The notes beneath the pieces were generated by a model that saw only the letters and a list, made by a program, of their open reading frames with translations, ran no database searches and had not been told where the DNA came from. Shown here piece after piece: positions 47,012 through 57,163 of a stretch of 64,000 bases of DNA; the stretch's first letter is position 1, and each line of letters begins with the position of its first letter. This stretch comes from Minisyncoccota bacterium (GTDB taxonomy: Bacteria > Patescibacteriota > Minisyncoccia > Phycocordibacterales > UBA5272): NCBI GenBank assembly GCA_041651055.1, contig JBAZJW010000001.1, positions 177,021 to 241,020 on the forward strand. Direction: 5' to 3'. The translations under genes were made by a program, and so were the position numbers.

Positions 47012-47770
47012 ATGACACTATTAGGAAAAACGATTACGGGTATTTTTATTATTAGCGTATTACTTGGTTCATATGTATGGTTTTCTCATCAGAAAAACAA
47101 AACTGAACCTATTACCTTTACAATAAACGGTGAAACCGTAACGCTCGCCGATGAGACTCATGTAGAAGATTCTCTCGGCGGAGTCACATCAAGAACACTA
47201 ACAACCTATTTCGGCAATGATGTGCGAGGAGACTTTAATGGAGACACAAAAGAAGATAAAGCCTTTCTCGTTACTCAAAACACAGGTGGCTCAGGCACCT
47301 TCTATTATGTAGCAACAACATTAGGAGGTGAAGCACTTTTCCTTGGTGACCGTATCGCACCTCAATCGACCGACTATAAAAATGGAGAAATTGTTGTGAA
47401 CTATGCAGATAGAAATAACACTGACCCAATGACCACACAACCCTCCGTTGGTGTTTCAAAATATTTTATCGTGAAAGAAGGAAAGCTTACAGAAGTGAAA
47501 CATGATATACCAGAGGCACAAGAAAGCCCTGTTACACCTACTGGTACAACGACACCGAAAGAATCAACGACGGGGACAACGACGTCAAACGGAATGGCGT
47601 GCACGAAAGTTGGCGGCACCTGGTCCGAAACTTACAAAGAATGCACAGGAATATCGGAAGTATCATGTAAAGAAATTAAAGGAGTGTTCAACGAATGCGC
47701 TTCTGCCTGCCGCCATGACCCAGAGGCAAAGGTCTGTGTCATGATGTGTGCTATCATCTGTCAGCTCTAA
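47012..47770 (+). CDS. secreted hypothetical protein with Cys-rich C-terminus
   Basis: N-terminal TM/signal, Thr/Gly-rich linker, C-terminal eight Cys; terminator 47803-47835. Confidence 0.4.
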   Translation: MTLLGKTITGIFIISVLLGSYVWFSHQKNKTEPITFTINGETVTLADETHVEDSLGGVTSRTLTTYFGNDVRGDFNGDTKEDKAFLVTQNTGGSGTFYYVATTLGGEALFLGDRIAPQSTDYKNGEIVVNYADRNNTDPMTTQPSVGVSKYFIVKEGKLTEVKHDIPEAQESPVTPTGTTTPKESTTGTTTSNGMACTKVGGTWSETYKECTGISEVSCKEIKGVFNECASACRHDPEAKVCVMMCAIICQL

Positions 47771-47906
47771 AAGATCTACTACGAATACCAGAAGTAAAAA
47801 TAAAAAGAACCTACCGCAAGCAGGTTCTTTTTTAATATTGTCGTGACAATACTCTGAGAGTTAAAGGGTGCTAAATTACAATAAATATGCTATACTGTCT
47901 AGTACT

Positions 47907-48668
47907 ATGACAGAAAACACCTATCTCTACGGGAGAAACCCTTTACAGGAGGCACTTCTTGCTAAAAAACGAGGACAGGTACTTTCTATTGAACAACTTT
48001 TACTCACTAAAACAGCAGAGGAAGACCCGGCCATTATGAGTCTTGTTCAGAGTAATAATCTTGACTACAAAATAGTTACCGTAGCCGAAATCGAAAGCCT
48101 CATCGGGCGCGGTGCTGTACACCAAGGAGTCTGTGCTTTGCTGAATGAAAAAGAACTCTACACCCCACTTGAAGATGTGCTCGCAAAAGCAGCAGCTAAG
48201 GAAAATCTCGGAAAGAAATCTGTCTTTGTTCTTCTCGATGAATTACAAGACCCTCACAATGTCGGAGCGATTATTCGTAGTGCTGTAGCCTTCGGAGCAG
48301 ATGCAATACTTATTCCCGATCATGATCAGACACAAATCACAGGGACCGTCATCAAGACATCCTCAGGTATGACCTTTGCTATTCCTATTGTACGTATTGG
48401 CAATGTAAACACAATACTTACAAAATTAAAAGAACAGAAGTTCTGGGTGTATGGTCTCACCGGAAACGGAGATTCGAAGCTGCATACAACAAAATTTGAT
48501 GCAAATGCAATAATCATAATCGGAAGTGAAGGTGAAGGTATTCGTCCAAAGACACTTGAGCTATGTGACTTCAAACTTTCAATAGAAACAAGTAAGCTTT
48601 GTGAATCATTGAATGCTTCAAATGCAGCTGCAGTAGTGCTTCACGAATGGTATACACAAAATAACTAA
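47907..48668 (+). CDS. SpoU/TrmH family RNA 2'-O-methyltransferase (RlmB-like)
   Basis: LLDELQDPHNVGAIIRSAVAFGADAILIP and IIIGSEGEGI motifs; alternative start 47868. Confidence 0.8.
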   Translation: MTENTYLYGRNPLQEALLAKKRGQVLSIEQLLLTKTAEEDPAIMSLVQSNNLDYKIVTVAEIESLIGRGAVHQGVCALLNEKELYTPLEDVLAKAAAKENLGKKSVFVLLDELQDPHNVGAIIRSAVAFGADAILIPDHDQTQITGTVIKTSSGMTFAIPIVRIGNVNTILTKLKEQKFWVYGLTGNGDSKLHTTKFDANAIIIIGSEGEGIRPKTLELCDFKLSIETSKLCESLNASNAAAVVLHEWYTQNN

Positions 48669-48669
48669 T

Positions 48670-49941
48670 ATGAAAAATCAATCCGGAGACGCAAAGATCT
48701 GGGATGTTGTTGTTATTGGTGGTGGTCCAGCGGGCATGATGGCTGCAGGTCGCGCAGCGGAACGAGGAAAATCTGTACTCCTTGTAGAAAAGAATCCTGC
48801 TCTTGGTAAAAAACTTCTCATCACAGGTGGAGGGCGATGCAACGTCACCAACAATAAGCCAGATAATCGCGCAATGCTCGCGAAATATAAAGGAAACGAC
48901 CAGTTTCTTTTTTCGGCATTCTCACAATGGAACGTAGAGAGTACACTTTCATTTTTTAATTCTCGAGGCATGGCAACCAAAGAAGAAAACGAGGGAAGAA
49001 TTTTCCCAGTGTCTAATTCTTCACAATCAGTCTTTGATGTTCTCTATAACTACATGCAAAAAGGAGGAGTTGTTATTCATAAAAGCACCAATGTCCGAGG
49101 TATTGATATCGAAAAACACACAGGAGATATTGTCATAAATACAGCGAGCGGAAATAGTATTCGTGCAAAAGCTTGCGTCTTAGCTACGGGAGGTACATCT
49201 CGTCCAGAAACAGGATCAACTGGTGAAGGTTTCCAATGGCTCAAAAAACTTCATCACACTATCGTGGAGAATGATGTCGCTCTTGTACCTATCGCATTAC
49301 GTGATGAATGGGTCAAGAAAATAAGTGGTGTTACGCTCACAGACATCAAGCTTACAACCTTCCAACACCATGAAGATAAATCCGTAAAGCAAGAATCTTA
49401 CAAAGGGAAACTTCTTTTTACGCACACAGGAATCAGCGGTCCAACCGTATTAAATATGAGCAAGGACGTTGGGGAATTGCTCAAGTACGGCGAGGTCACA
49501 CTTGCTCTTGATCTCTTTCCGGCAAAAGACGAAGGGAAATTACGTCAGGAACTTCAAACTATTCTCGTAGAAGATAGCAACAAGAAATTAAAAAATGTTC
49601 TTGCGCAACTAGTGCCTGCGGCACTACAGTCTGTTCTTCTTGAAATTTCAGGAATTGACGGAGAGACATTTTGTCATAGTGTACGAAGCGAAGACCGTGC
49701 AACACTTGCCAAAGTGCTGAAAGCAGTCCCACTTCATGTAAAAGGATTACTTGGCAAAGAAAAAGCCATCGTCTCATCAGGTGGTGTAGCGCTTACGGAA
49801 GTTGATTTCAAAACAATGCAATCACGCGTCGTACCAAATCTCTACCTCGTAGGAGATGTTTTAAATATTGATCGTCCGTCGGGAGGATACAGTCTTCAGC
49901 TATGTTGGACAACGGGATTCGTCGCGGGGGACAATTGTTAG
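48670..49941 (+). CDS. HI0933-like FAD-dependent oxidoreductase
   Basis: VVVIGGGPAGMMAA dinucleotide-binding motif and GGGRCNVTN block. Confidence 0.7.
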   Translation: MKNQSGDAKIWDVVVIGGGPAGMMAAGRAAERGKSVLLVEKNPALGKKLLITGGGRCNVTNNKPDNRAMLAKYKGNDQFLFSAFSQWNVESTLSFFNSRGMATKEENEGRIFPVSNSSQSVFDVLYNYMQKGGVVIHKSTNVRGIDIEKHTGDIVINTASGNSIRAKACVLATGGTSRPETGSTGEGFQWLKKLHHTIVENDVALVPIALRDEWVKKISGVTLTDIKLTTFQHHEDKSVKQESYKGKLLFTHTGISGPTVLNMSKDVGELLKYGEVTLALDLFPAKDEGKLRQELQTILVEDSNKKLKNVLAQLVPAALQSVLLEISGIDGETFCHSVRSEDRATLAKVLKAVPLHVKGLLGKEKAIVSSGGVALTEVDFKTMQSRVVPNLYLVGDVLNIDRPSGGYSLQLCWTTGFVAGDNC

Positions 49942-50023
49942 GAGCAGATGTAGAGATTAGATTTTAGACTTTAGAGTTCATACAAAAAGCCACCTTCACG
50001 GTGGCTTTTTCTCTTTTCATTAC

Positions 50024-53000
50024 TTACTTCATATCCTTATATTTCTTCCCGGGGTATCTATAGAAGAGTAACGGTACAAGTACGAGCGTGAGCACCATAG
50101 CAAAGGCAAGTCCGAACATAATTGCAAACGCAAGCGGCCCCCATAATGCAGACGCTCCGGCGAGTGGAATCATACCAATCACGGTCGTGATTGTGGTGAG
50201 GAAAATCGGACGAAGACGAATCGCAGATGATTCAACAATCACATCATGTAAGTTCGCAGTGCTTCCACTTTCTTTCTCTTGCTCTAGCCTGTGTAAAATA
50301 GAATCAAGCAAAATAATACCATGATTAATAATCACTCCGGCGAGGGCAATGAACCCGAGCATTGATGAGAATGAAAGAGATTGTCCAGTTATTGCAAGCC
50401 CCCCGAGCACACCAATCAAAGAAAATGGAACAGCAAGGAGAAGATACATTGCATAGCGTATAGAATTAAATTCAAGAACAAGTATTGCAAGCATGCCAAC
50501 CATTCCAGCAATAAGTGCAAGACTCATTTCTTTGAAAGAGTTGTTCACATCTTCTGTTTCTCCACCGTAACTAATGACTACAGACTCTGGAAGATGTAAA
50601 TCTTTTTCATGTTTCTTAAATTCAGCGACAACCTCTGTCGCCGTTTTGTCTGGACGCAAAGAGCTCGTAACACTTGCTACGCGCTTTTTATCTTCATGAC
50701 TAATGACAGCACGTGACGGTACAAGCGATGTACTAATGAGAGAGCCAAGGAGCACCGTCTGTCCGCTCGGTGTCGAAATAGGAAGTTGTTTAATACTGTC
50801 AACACTTGTCTTAATCGTATCCTCAGGATTAATGAATGCTGGATTAAGATCCGTCTTTACAAGCACGTCGATATCGTCTGACTGTTTTTTGATTGTTGTT
50901 GCTACTGTTCCCGAAACAGAAGCGCGCAGTACTTGCGCAACAGATGATGCAGAAAGACCAACCTGAGAAGCTTTTGCTCTATCGATGGTAATTTCAAATT
51001 GAGAACCATCATCACGAAGTGATGTTTGTACATCAAGGGTACCATCAATACCTTGAAGTATTTTTTCAGCTGCATCAACTGCAAGTGAAATATCATCAAG
51101 ATTGTCACCCAAGAATTTTATCGTAACAGGAGAACCTGACGGAGGACCATTGCTTCCTTGGCCCACACGCACCTCCGCTGACACAATAGGTGCGAATTCT
51201 TTACGAAAAACTTCAACGGCTTCTGTCGAGGTTATCGTGCGCTTTTTGTTCAACATTACCGTAATGTTTGCTGTCTTTGTATTTGCTCCTCCGCCACTAT
51301 TAGAAAAAGCAGATCCTGCTCCAACAGTTGTGACAAACGAATCAACAAGAGGACTTGTATACAAAAGCTCTTCAACTTCACGAACAGAAAGATCTGTCTG
51401 CAAAAGAGGAGTTCCTTGAGGCTTTTCGATGGTCACGAAAACAAATTCTTGGTCATCTTGAGGGAAAAATTGCACCTTCACGAGCCCGAGAACTGGCAAC
51501 ATGATCGCTACCACAAAACCGAGCCCGAGCGCCGCTAGGAAGCGATTTTGTGCCTTTCGACTAGAAAGAATACCTCCCAAAAAACCCTTGTACCATGCTC
51601 TCGCTTTTTCGGACCACTGCTCCTGCATTTCTTCAAAACGGTTTTTATGTGGTTTGGTGAGTAAAATAGCAAGTAGTGGAACCATGCCGAGTGCCACGAA
51701 AATAGATGCGAGTAGTACAAAGATAATCGTGAAAGGAATAGATGAAATAAATTTTCCAACAACACCGGAAAGGAAAAAGAGTGGTGCGAACACTGCGACC
51801 GTCGTCATTGTTCCGGCAATAAGCGGCCACGCATACTCTTTAATGGCTGCAACAGCGGCGCCTTCAGCGTTACCATATTTTTTTAAACGTGTGTGAATTG
51901 CTTCGGCAACTACAATACCTGAGTCCACTAAAATCCCAATTGCTAAAATAAGAGAGAAGAGCGAAATGAAGTTAATCGTATTTCCAGAAACATAGAGACC
52001 TGTGAAAGCAATCACAAACGAAAGGGGAATGGAGAGACCTGCAACAATAGACTCTCTCCAACCAATGGTGAGAAAGAGCATAAGCATCACGAGGGCAACT
52101 GTCTCAAAACCAACACGTGTAAGTTCCGTTAAATCTTTTTCTACACGCTCACCTCCGTCAAAAGAAATTACAACCTGCGCACCGGCTAATTTTGTTGTCT
52201 TCAATTCTTCAAGCTTCGCGCGCACATCTCTAGCAACACGCGTCACATCACCACCTGATTTTTTGTAAATATTTAATGTGAGTGACTGTTCAGCGGGAGC
52301 TGCTGCTACCGAGACCCTCGAAAGCGTTGAAGGTGGAGCGAGGCCGTCTGCCACAAAAGCAACATCTCGCAAGTATACTGGCACGCCATTTTTTGAGGTA
52401 ATAGTGATATCAGGAATTTGAATCGCTTCTGTAATTGATCCTGCAAAACGAATTGGATAATCGATATCAGAAACCGTGATCGTTCCGATCGGGAACGATG
52501 CATTTGCCGAAGCAATAGCCCCAATGACCTCATTGATAGAAAGACCGTAATTTGCTAACTGATCTTTACGAATAACTACTTGTACTTCACGTTTACGAGT
52601 TCCTGCAATATTTACCTTAGAAATACCGGGAACTTTTTTTATTTCACTTTCAAGATCTGCTCCGAGGGCTGTCAATCCAGCAGGGGACGTGTCTTGTGAA
52701 ATAGAAACAATAAGTATAGGTTGGTCCGCAAAGTTTACTTTGGATACGACCGGATCGAGAGCGTCAGATGGAAATTTCACCTTTGCACGATCCACAGCAT
52801 CTTTCAAATCTTGAATAGATTTTTCTATATCTGCTTTGGCATTAAACTGGGCCGTTACAACAGACACACCTTCACGTGATGATGATGTGACCGTATCAAT
52901 ATTTTCAATATTCGCGACTTCGTCTTCTATGCGATTTGTAATTAACTTCTCAGTATCTTCTGCTGACGCCCCACGAAGCACTGTAGAAACAACGCCAATA

Positions 53001-53131
53001 GGAACAATAACTTCCGGTGAAGATTCTTTTGGTATAGCTACAAGAGAATAAGTTCCGATGGAAATAAGTGCGAACATCACCATGTAGGTGAACGATCGTT
53101 TATTGAGAAAAAAGATCCAGAAATTATGCAT
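50024..53131 (-). CDS. RND family efflux transporter permease (AcrB-like)
   Basis: 1035 aa, 12 TM architecture with two large periplasmic loops. Confidence 0.85.
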   Translation of the reverse strand: MHNFWIFFLNKRSFTYMVMFALISIGTYSLVAIPKESSPEVIVPIGVVSTVLRGASAEDTEKLITNRIEDEVANIENIDTVTSSSREGVSVVTAQFNAKADIEKSIQDLKDAVDRAKVKFPSDALDPVVSKVNFADQPILIVSISQDTSPAGLTALGADLESEIKKVPGISKVNIAGTRKREVQVVIRKDQLANYGLSINEVIGAIASANASFPIGTITVSDIDYPIRFAGSITEAIQIPDITITSKNGVPVYLRDVAFVADGLAPPSTLSRVSVAAAPAEQSLTLNIYKKSGGDVTRVARDVRAKLEELKTTKLAGAQVVISFDGGERVEKDLTELTRVGFETVALVMLMLFLTIGWRESIVAGLSIPLSFVIAFTGLYVSGNTINFISLFSLILAIGILVDSGIVVAEAIHTRLKKYGNAEGAAVAAIKEYAWPLIAGTMTTVAVFAPLFFLSGVVGKFISSIPFTIIFVLLASIFVALGMVPLLAILLTKPHKNRFEEMQEQWSEKARAWYKGFLGGILSSRKAQNRFLAALGLGFVVAIMLPVLGLVKVQFFPQDDQEFVFVTIEKPQGTPLLQTDLSVREVEELLYTSPLVDSFVTTVGAGSAFSNSGGGANTKTANITVMLNKKRTITSTEAVEVFRKEFAPIVSAEVRVGQGSNGPPSGSPVTIKFLGDNLDDISLAVDAAEKILQGIDGTLDVQTSLRDDGSQFEITIDRAKASQVGLSASSVAQVLRASVSGTVATTIKKQSDDIDVLVKTDLNPAFINPEDTIKTSVDSIKQLPISTPSGQTVLLGSLISTSLVPSRAVISHEDKKRVASVTSSLRPDKTATEVVAEFKKHEKDLHLPESVVISYGGETEDVNNSFKEMSLALIAGMVGMLAILVLEFNSIRYAMYLLLAVPFSLIGVLGGLAITGQSLSFSSMLGFIALAGVIINHGIILLDSILHRLEQEKESGSTANLHDVIVESSAIRLRPIFLTTITTVIGMIPLAGASALWGPLAFAIMFGLAFAMVLTLVLVPLLFYRYPGKKYKDMK

Positions 53132-53146
53132 AGAGGTTCGTGAAGA

Positions 53147-54763
53147 TTATTGAGTTACGGTTACAATCATTCCTTCTTTGAGACCGCGTGCATCTTTTAC
53201 AATCTGAAGATCTCCCGTTATGCCAGAAAGTATTTGAATCTCTTCACCCATTAATGCTCCAATCTCAACAGGAACAGAGACAAGGGAGCTCGATGTACTC
53301 ATGGTAAAAACAAAGGATCCTTTTGGTGTGATTTTGAGCGCAGAAAGGGGAATATGGATAGGACCTTGCACGGCCGTTGTTACTTTTGTTTGTGTACGAC
53401 TCACCGAAATACGAACAGATTGACCATTAATAAGGGATGATGTTTTATCAGTAATACCGATACGTACTTCTATTTTCTTTGTGCGAGGATCAATAGCTGA
53501 CGCAATACGTGTGATTACCCCTTTAAAGACCCCATCAATCATAACAGGACTTCCAACAGCTGCACGTTTGGCGTCATCTTCTGTTACGTAGGCGAGCACT
53601 TCAAGTGCTCCATTATTAGAAACAATAGCCACTTCTGTAAACGCAGAAACAAAGTCTCCTGTTTCTATGGAAAGGGAATTAAGTGTTCCTGTGATAGGAC
53701 TTCGTACTACTGTTTTTTCAAGACGGGAAAGCGCCGCATTGTACGCACCTTGTGCTTGTTTTACCTGAGCATCCGCTGATGTAACATTTGCATCTGTATC
53801 ACCGGATGTTTTTCCTGCGACAAGTGACGCTGCAAGGCTCGCATTCAGTGCTGTACGACTAGCGCTCAGCGACCCGATTGTACCTGCGATAGTACTTCTA
53901 GCAATACCAACCGTAGTCTTACCACTATCGATCGCTGCTTGTGTAAAAGAAGAATCGGTAAGTGCTTTTGAGTATGCGGTAGCCAAATCATCAAAGTAGC
54001 TTTTTACTGCTTGTGCTTCTGTTTGAACAGTATTTAATTCCGCGACAAGATCGCTATCTGTTGTAAGCGTACGATTACGAGCCTCACGAAGGACGAGACT
54101 ACGTTCTATATTCCTTCGGCGATCTTCAAGAGAAAGCGTAAGATGTGCATCTGGAACAGACATCATAAAATGAACACTGCTTTCACGGGGAGAACTATAA
54201 ACGTTGTCTGTTTTCGCACGAATAACATCATCCATCGTAGCGTACGCATTTGAAATAGCACTGAGTGCATTTGTTTTAGTGTCTGAGAGAGAAGAATTCG
54301 TACTACCGCTATTGATACGAGAAATATCACGAGCAGCTTTTGCGGCATCGTAAGAACCTTCAGCTTGAAGGAGGGATGCTCTTTCTGCAGAGTTTTCAAA
54401 TTCAGCAATCACTTGACCAGCAGTTACATAGTCACCAAGTTTTTTATAGACACGAGTAAGCTTGCCAGATGATTCTGCTCGGATTGTTGCTTCGCTTGTA
54501 GAGGTCACTGTACCCAAAAGAGGAAGAGCTGATTCATTGTTTGTTAAATCGGAAACAAGGGCAAGGGTAACTGCACGGGGCGCTTTTACAATTTCTGATA
54601 CTGGTGCAGTTCCCGTGAATGCACGCACAATAACTACAAAGAGAACAAGAACAGCTGCACCAACCCCAATCTGTTTTGGGCGAGACAATTCCTTGTACCA
54701 ACTCCAGAGTTGATTCTTAATGTCCTTTGTATCATTAATGACTTTTTCTAAGTGTCTGTTCAT
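53147..54763 (-). CDS. RND efflux periplasmic adaptor (membrane fusion protein) with extended coiled coil
   Basis: N-terminal TM, biotinyl/lipoyl-like hairpin, long alpha-helical insert, C-terminal beta-barrel region. Confidence 0.65.
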   Translation of the reverse strand: MNRHLEKVINDTKDIKNQLWSWYKELSRPKQIGVGAAVLVLFVVIVRAFTGTAPVSEIVKAPRAVTLALVSDLTNNESALPLLGTVTSTSEATIRAESSGKLTRVYKKLGDYVTAGQVIAEFENSAERASLLQAEGSYDAAKAARDISRINSGSTNSSLSDTKTNALSAISNAYATMDDVIRAKTDNVYSSPRESSVHFMMSVPDAHLTLSLEDRRRNIERSLVLREARNRTLTTDSDLVAELNTVQTEAQAVKSYFDDLATAYSKALTDSSFTQAAIDSGKTTVGIARSTIAGTIGSLSASRTALNASLAASLVAGKTSGDTDANVTSADAQVKQAQGAYNAALSRLEKTVVRSPITGTLNSLSIETGDFVSAFTEVAIVSNNGALEVLAYVTEDDAKRAAVGSPVMIDGVFKGVITRIASAIDPRTKKIEVRIGITDKTSSLINGQSVRISVSRTQTKVTTAVQGPIHIPLSALKITPKGSFVFTMSTSSSLVSVPVEIGALMGEEIQILSGITGDLQIVKDARGLKEGMIVTVTQ

Positions 54764-54801
54764 ATATGTTGTATGTATAAATGCGTTAATAAATATTCCT
54801 T

Positions 54802-55281
54802 CTACTTCTTGATGAGAAGATTTGAGAGGACTGTGGTGAAGTTTTTCATAATACCTTTACGTTCACTATCTTTAATGACATCAAAAATAATATGTAGTTC
54901 GTGTTCGATAATGGTACGAGCTTGTTCAAAAGCCTTGCGACCTTTTGCGGTAATCGTAATGATGTGTTTACGGCGATTTTCTTTATTTTCAACACGAGAA
55001 AGATACCCAAGGGCTACAAGCGTAGAGATATGTCTACTCACAGTAGCCTCGGTCACATGGAGTTGCTCTGCAATAGCAGTTTGAGACACTGGTCCAGTAG
55101 CCGAGCATTGAAAGCCGACCAAAACCATAAACTGAGAAAAAGATAAAGAGCTTTTTTGCGAAAGGATATGCTCGAGTCGTTTTTCCACCAAGAAGTACAT
55201 CTGGTGGATAGAATACATGAAGCTCTTCGAGAAGTCATGAGAGTCGTCACAATGGTCTATATTGTTGCATTGGGTTATCAT
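54802..55281 (-). CDS. MarR family transcriptional regulator
   Basis: LSFSQFMVLVGF ... QTAIAEQLHVTEATVSRHISTLVALGYLSR wHTH. Confidence 0.75.
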   Translation of the reverse strand: MITQCNNIDHCDDSHDFSKSFMYSIHQMYFLVEKRLEHILSQKSSLSFSQFMVLVGFQCSATGPVSQTAIAEQLHVTEATVSRHISTLVALGYLSRVENKENRRKHIITITAKGRKAFEQARTIIEHELHIIFDVIKDSERKGIMKNFTTVLSNLLIKK

Positions 55282-55851
55282 AGATCAATTCTACAACTTC
55301 AAGGAACTATTAGCAAGCTAAGTAAGAAATTCAGCCGATGTGCTCCACAGGCTTATTACGTTAACTATTTCTTATTTTTAAATAAGAAGGGAAGAGTCTT
55401 GTCTTCACCCGGATGGCAGGCGAGGGAGCTAATAAATAAAATAAGGAAAAAATAAGGAAGGAAGAGCAATTACCAAAAACGCTTTATGGATATGGTCGAG
55501 GGGCCGGTTTTGATTATAGGTCAATGTCGCACAATATATCTTTTACGACGTACAGTGGGCAAAGATGCCCGCGTAAGTACGTTGTAAAAGATCCGGCTAC
55601 TGTGCGACATTAATGTACTCATAATGTCGCACAGTAGTGTTTTACGACCACATTTAAACCAAAAGAAAACACCCCCTCGTGTTTATCTATTAAAAATAAA
55701 AACAAGAAAAGAATTTTACTTCATCTTCACAAGAATGAACCATGAAGCAACAGCAGCTCCAACTAAAAATGCGAAGAAGAGTACAAGAATAAATGCGGGC
55801 GTAGTGAATGAAATCATGGGTATGAAAATTATGTGTATAGAGTACAGTCTA

Positions 55852-57147
55852 CTACAAGTAGCTGAGTGGGTTAAGGTATCCAGCCTTTGGGGCAAGTGGC
55901 ATGATCATGTATGTACCACACACTTTACTCTTGTATTCCGTCGGAGCTGATATGTGTACTGAGTCCGAAGCGTATACCGTGAAGTGAAGATGTGGACCGG
56001 TACTGTAACCGGTGTTACCGGAGAGTCCGACCTTATCTCCAGAAGCAACCGTCTGGCCAGAGGTTGCTTGTATGACGGACAAGTGGGCATACAGTGTCGT
56101 TAGACCATTCGTGTGACGTATAAGAACCCATTTACCGTACGAGACACCGGAACAAGCAGAATCTGTGTTTCCAGTTCCGACAACAGTGCCGGCAGCTGCA
56201 GCTAGGATCGGCGTACCAACTTTTACCCCGAAGTCTATACCATTATGTCCAGAGCCATTATAGACCTGAGGATTTTTACTGGCAAATGGCGTATTACCAA
56301 AATACTGCGTAATAATAACGTTGGCGACAGGGTACTGCAGTACCCCCTTTCCGTATTTAGGGAGTTTACTTGCATCAACAATAACTTTAAGCTTAGATTC
56401 AACATCGAGCATCTCGGCCTCCAACTCCCCTTTTTTACGCTTTCGATCGGCAAGTAATTTTTGATATTCAGTCTCTTTATTTTTCGTCTGAACAAGAAGT
56501 GAATTTTTATCTTTCGTTGTCTGATCAACGAGAAGCTTTTGATCCGTGAGCGTTGCGTTTAAACTTTCGAGTGTTTTTTTATTTGACTCAAACGTTTCTT
56601 TTTGTGTGTTTAATTCTTGTTTGACCGAACTAAGCTCGTCAACCTTTTGATTGATGGCATGCGAAACATCTGCTCCACGTTTGATGATATCTAGTGCATC
56701 TGATAAATGTGAACCGGGAGCAAGGACACTCATAACTGCTGGCATACCCGTATCTTGATATACGAGAGATCGCAATGTTTCTGCAAGTGCAGACTGGGTG
56801 CGGGTAAGTCGCTTCGTAGTAACATTGATCTCGGTAACCGTTGTACTAATATGTGTTTGAGCTTCAGTAATGCGCAACTTTGTACGATCAATCTCTTTGG
56901 AAAGAGCGGTACGTCTTAACTCAAGACCTGCAAGCGCTTGCTTTAATGTCTTTGCCTCGCCTTGTGTTGTGTTAATTTTAGAATTAAATTCTTTAATCTC
57001 TTTATCGAGCGACTGAATCTGTGAAGACAGTGAATTGAGATTAGACTGTAATTGATCAGCTGTTTGAGCACGAGAAAAAACTGGCATCAAAAGCATGGTT
57101 CCAAAAGTAAGTGTAAGCAGAAGAGAAGAAAAAGAGCGAGAAGACAT
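55852..57147 (-). CDS. M23 family peptidase with N-terminal coiled coil (EnvC/LytM-like)
   Basis: GHNGIDFGV ... TLYAHLS ... GPHLHFTVY zinc-binding motifs. Confidence 0.8.
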   Translation of the reverse strand: MSSRSFSSLLLTLTFGTMLLMPVFSRAQTADQLQSNLNSLSSQIQSLDKEIKEFNSKINTTQGEAKTLKQALAGLELRRTALSKEIDRTKLRITEAQTHISTTVTEINVTTKRLTRTQSALAETLRSLVYQDTGMPAVMSVLAPGSHLSDALDIIKRGADVSHAINQKVDELSSVKQELNTQKETFESNKKTLESLNATLTDQKLLVDQTTKDKNSLLVQTKNKETEYQKLLADRKRKKGELEAEMLDVESKLKVIVDASKLPKYGKGVLQYPVANVIITQYFGNTPFASKNPQVYNGSGHNGIDFGVKVGTPILAAAAGTVVGTGNTDSACSGVSYGKWVLIRHTNGLTTLYAHLSVIQATSGQTVASGDKVGLSGNTGYSTGPHLHFTVYASDSVHISAPTEYKSKVCGTYMIMPLAPKAGYLNPLSYL

Positions 57148-57163
57148 ATAACAATACTAACAG

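Noticed and set aside
55624-55950. 108 aa plus-strand ORF upstream of and overlapping the M23 peptidase gene end
   Set aside because: It overlaps a well-supported gene and the repeat-rich control region, and has no motif.
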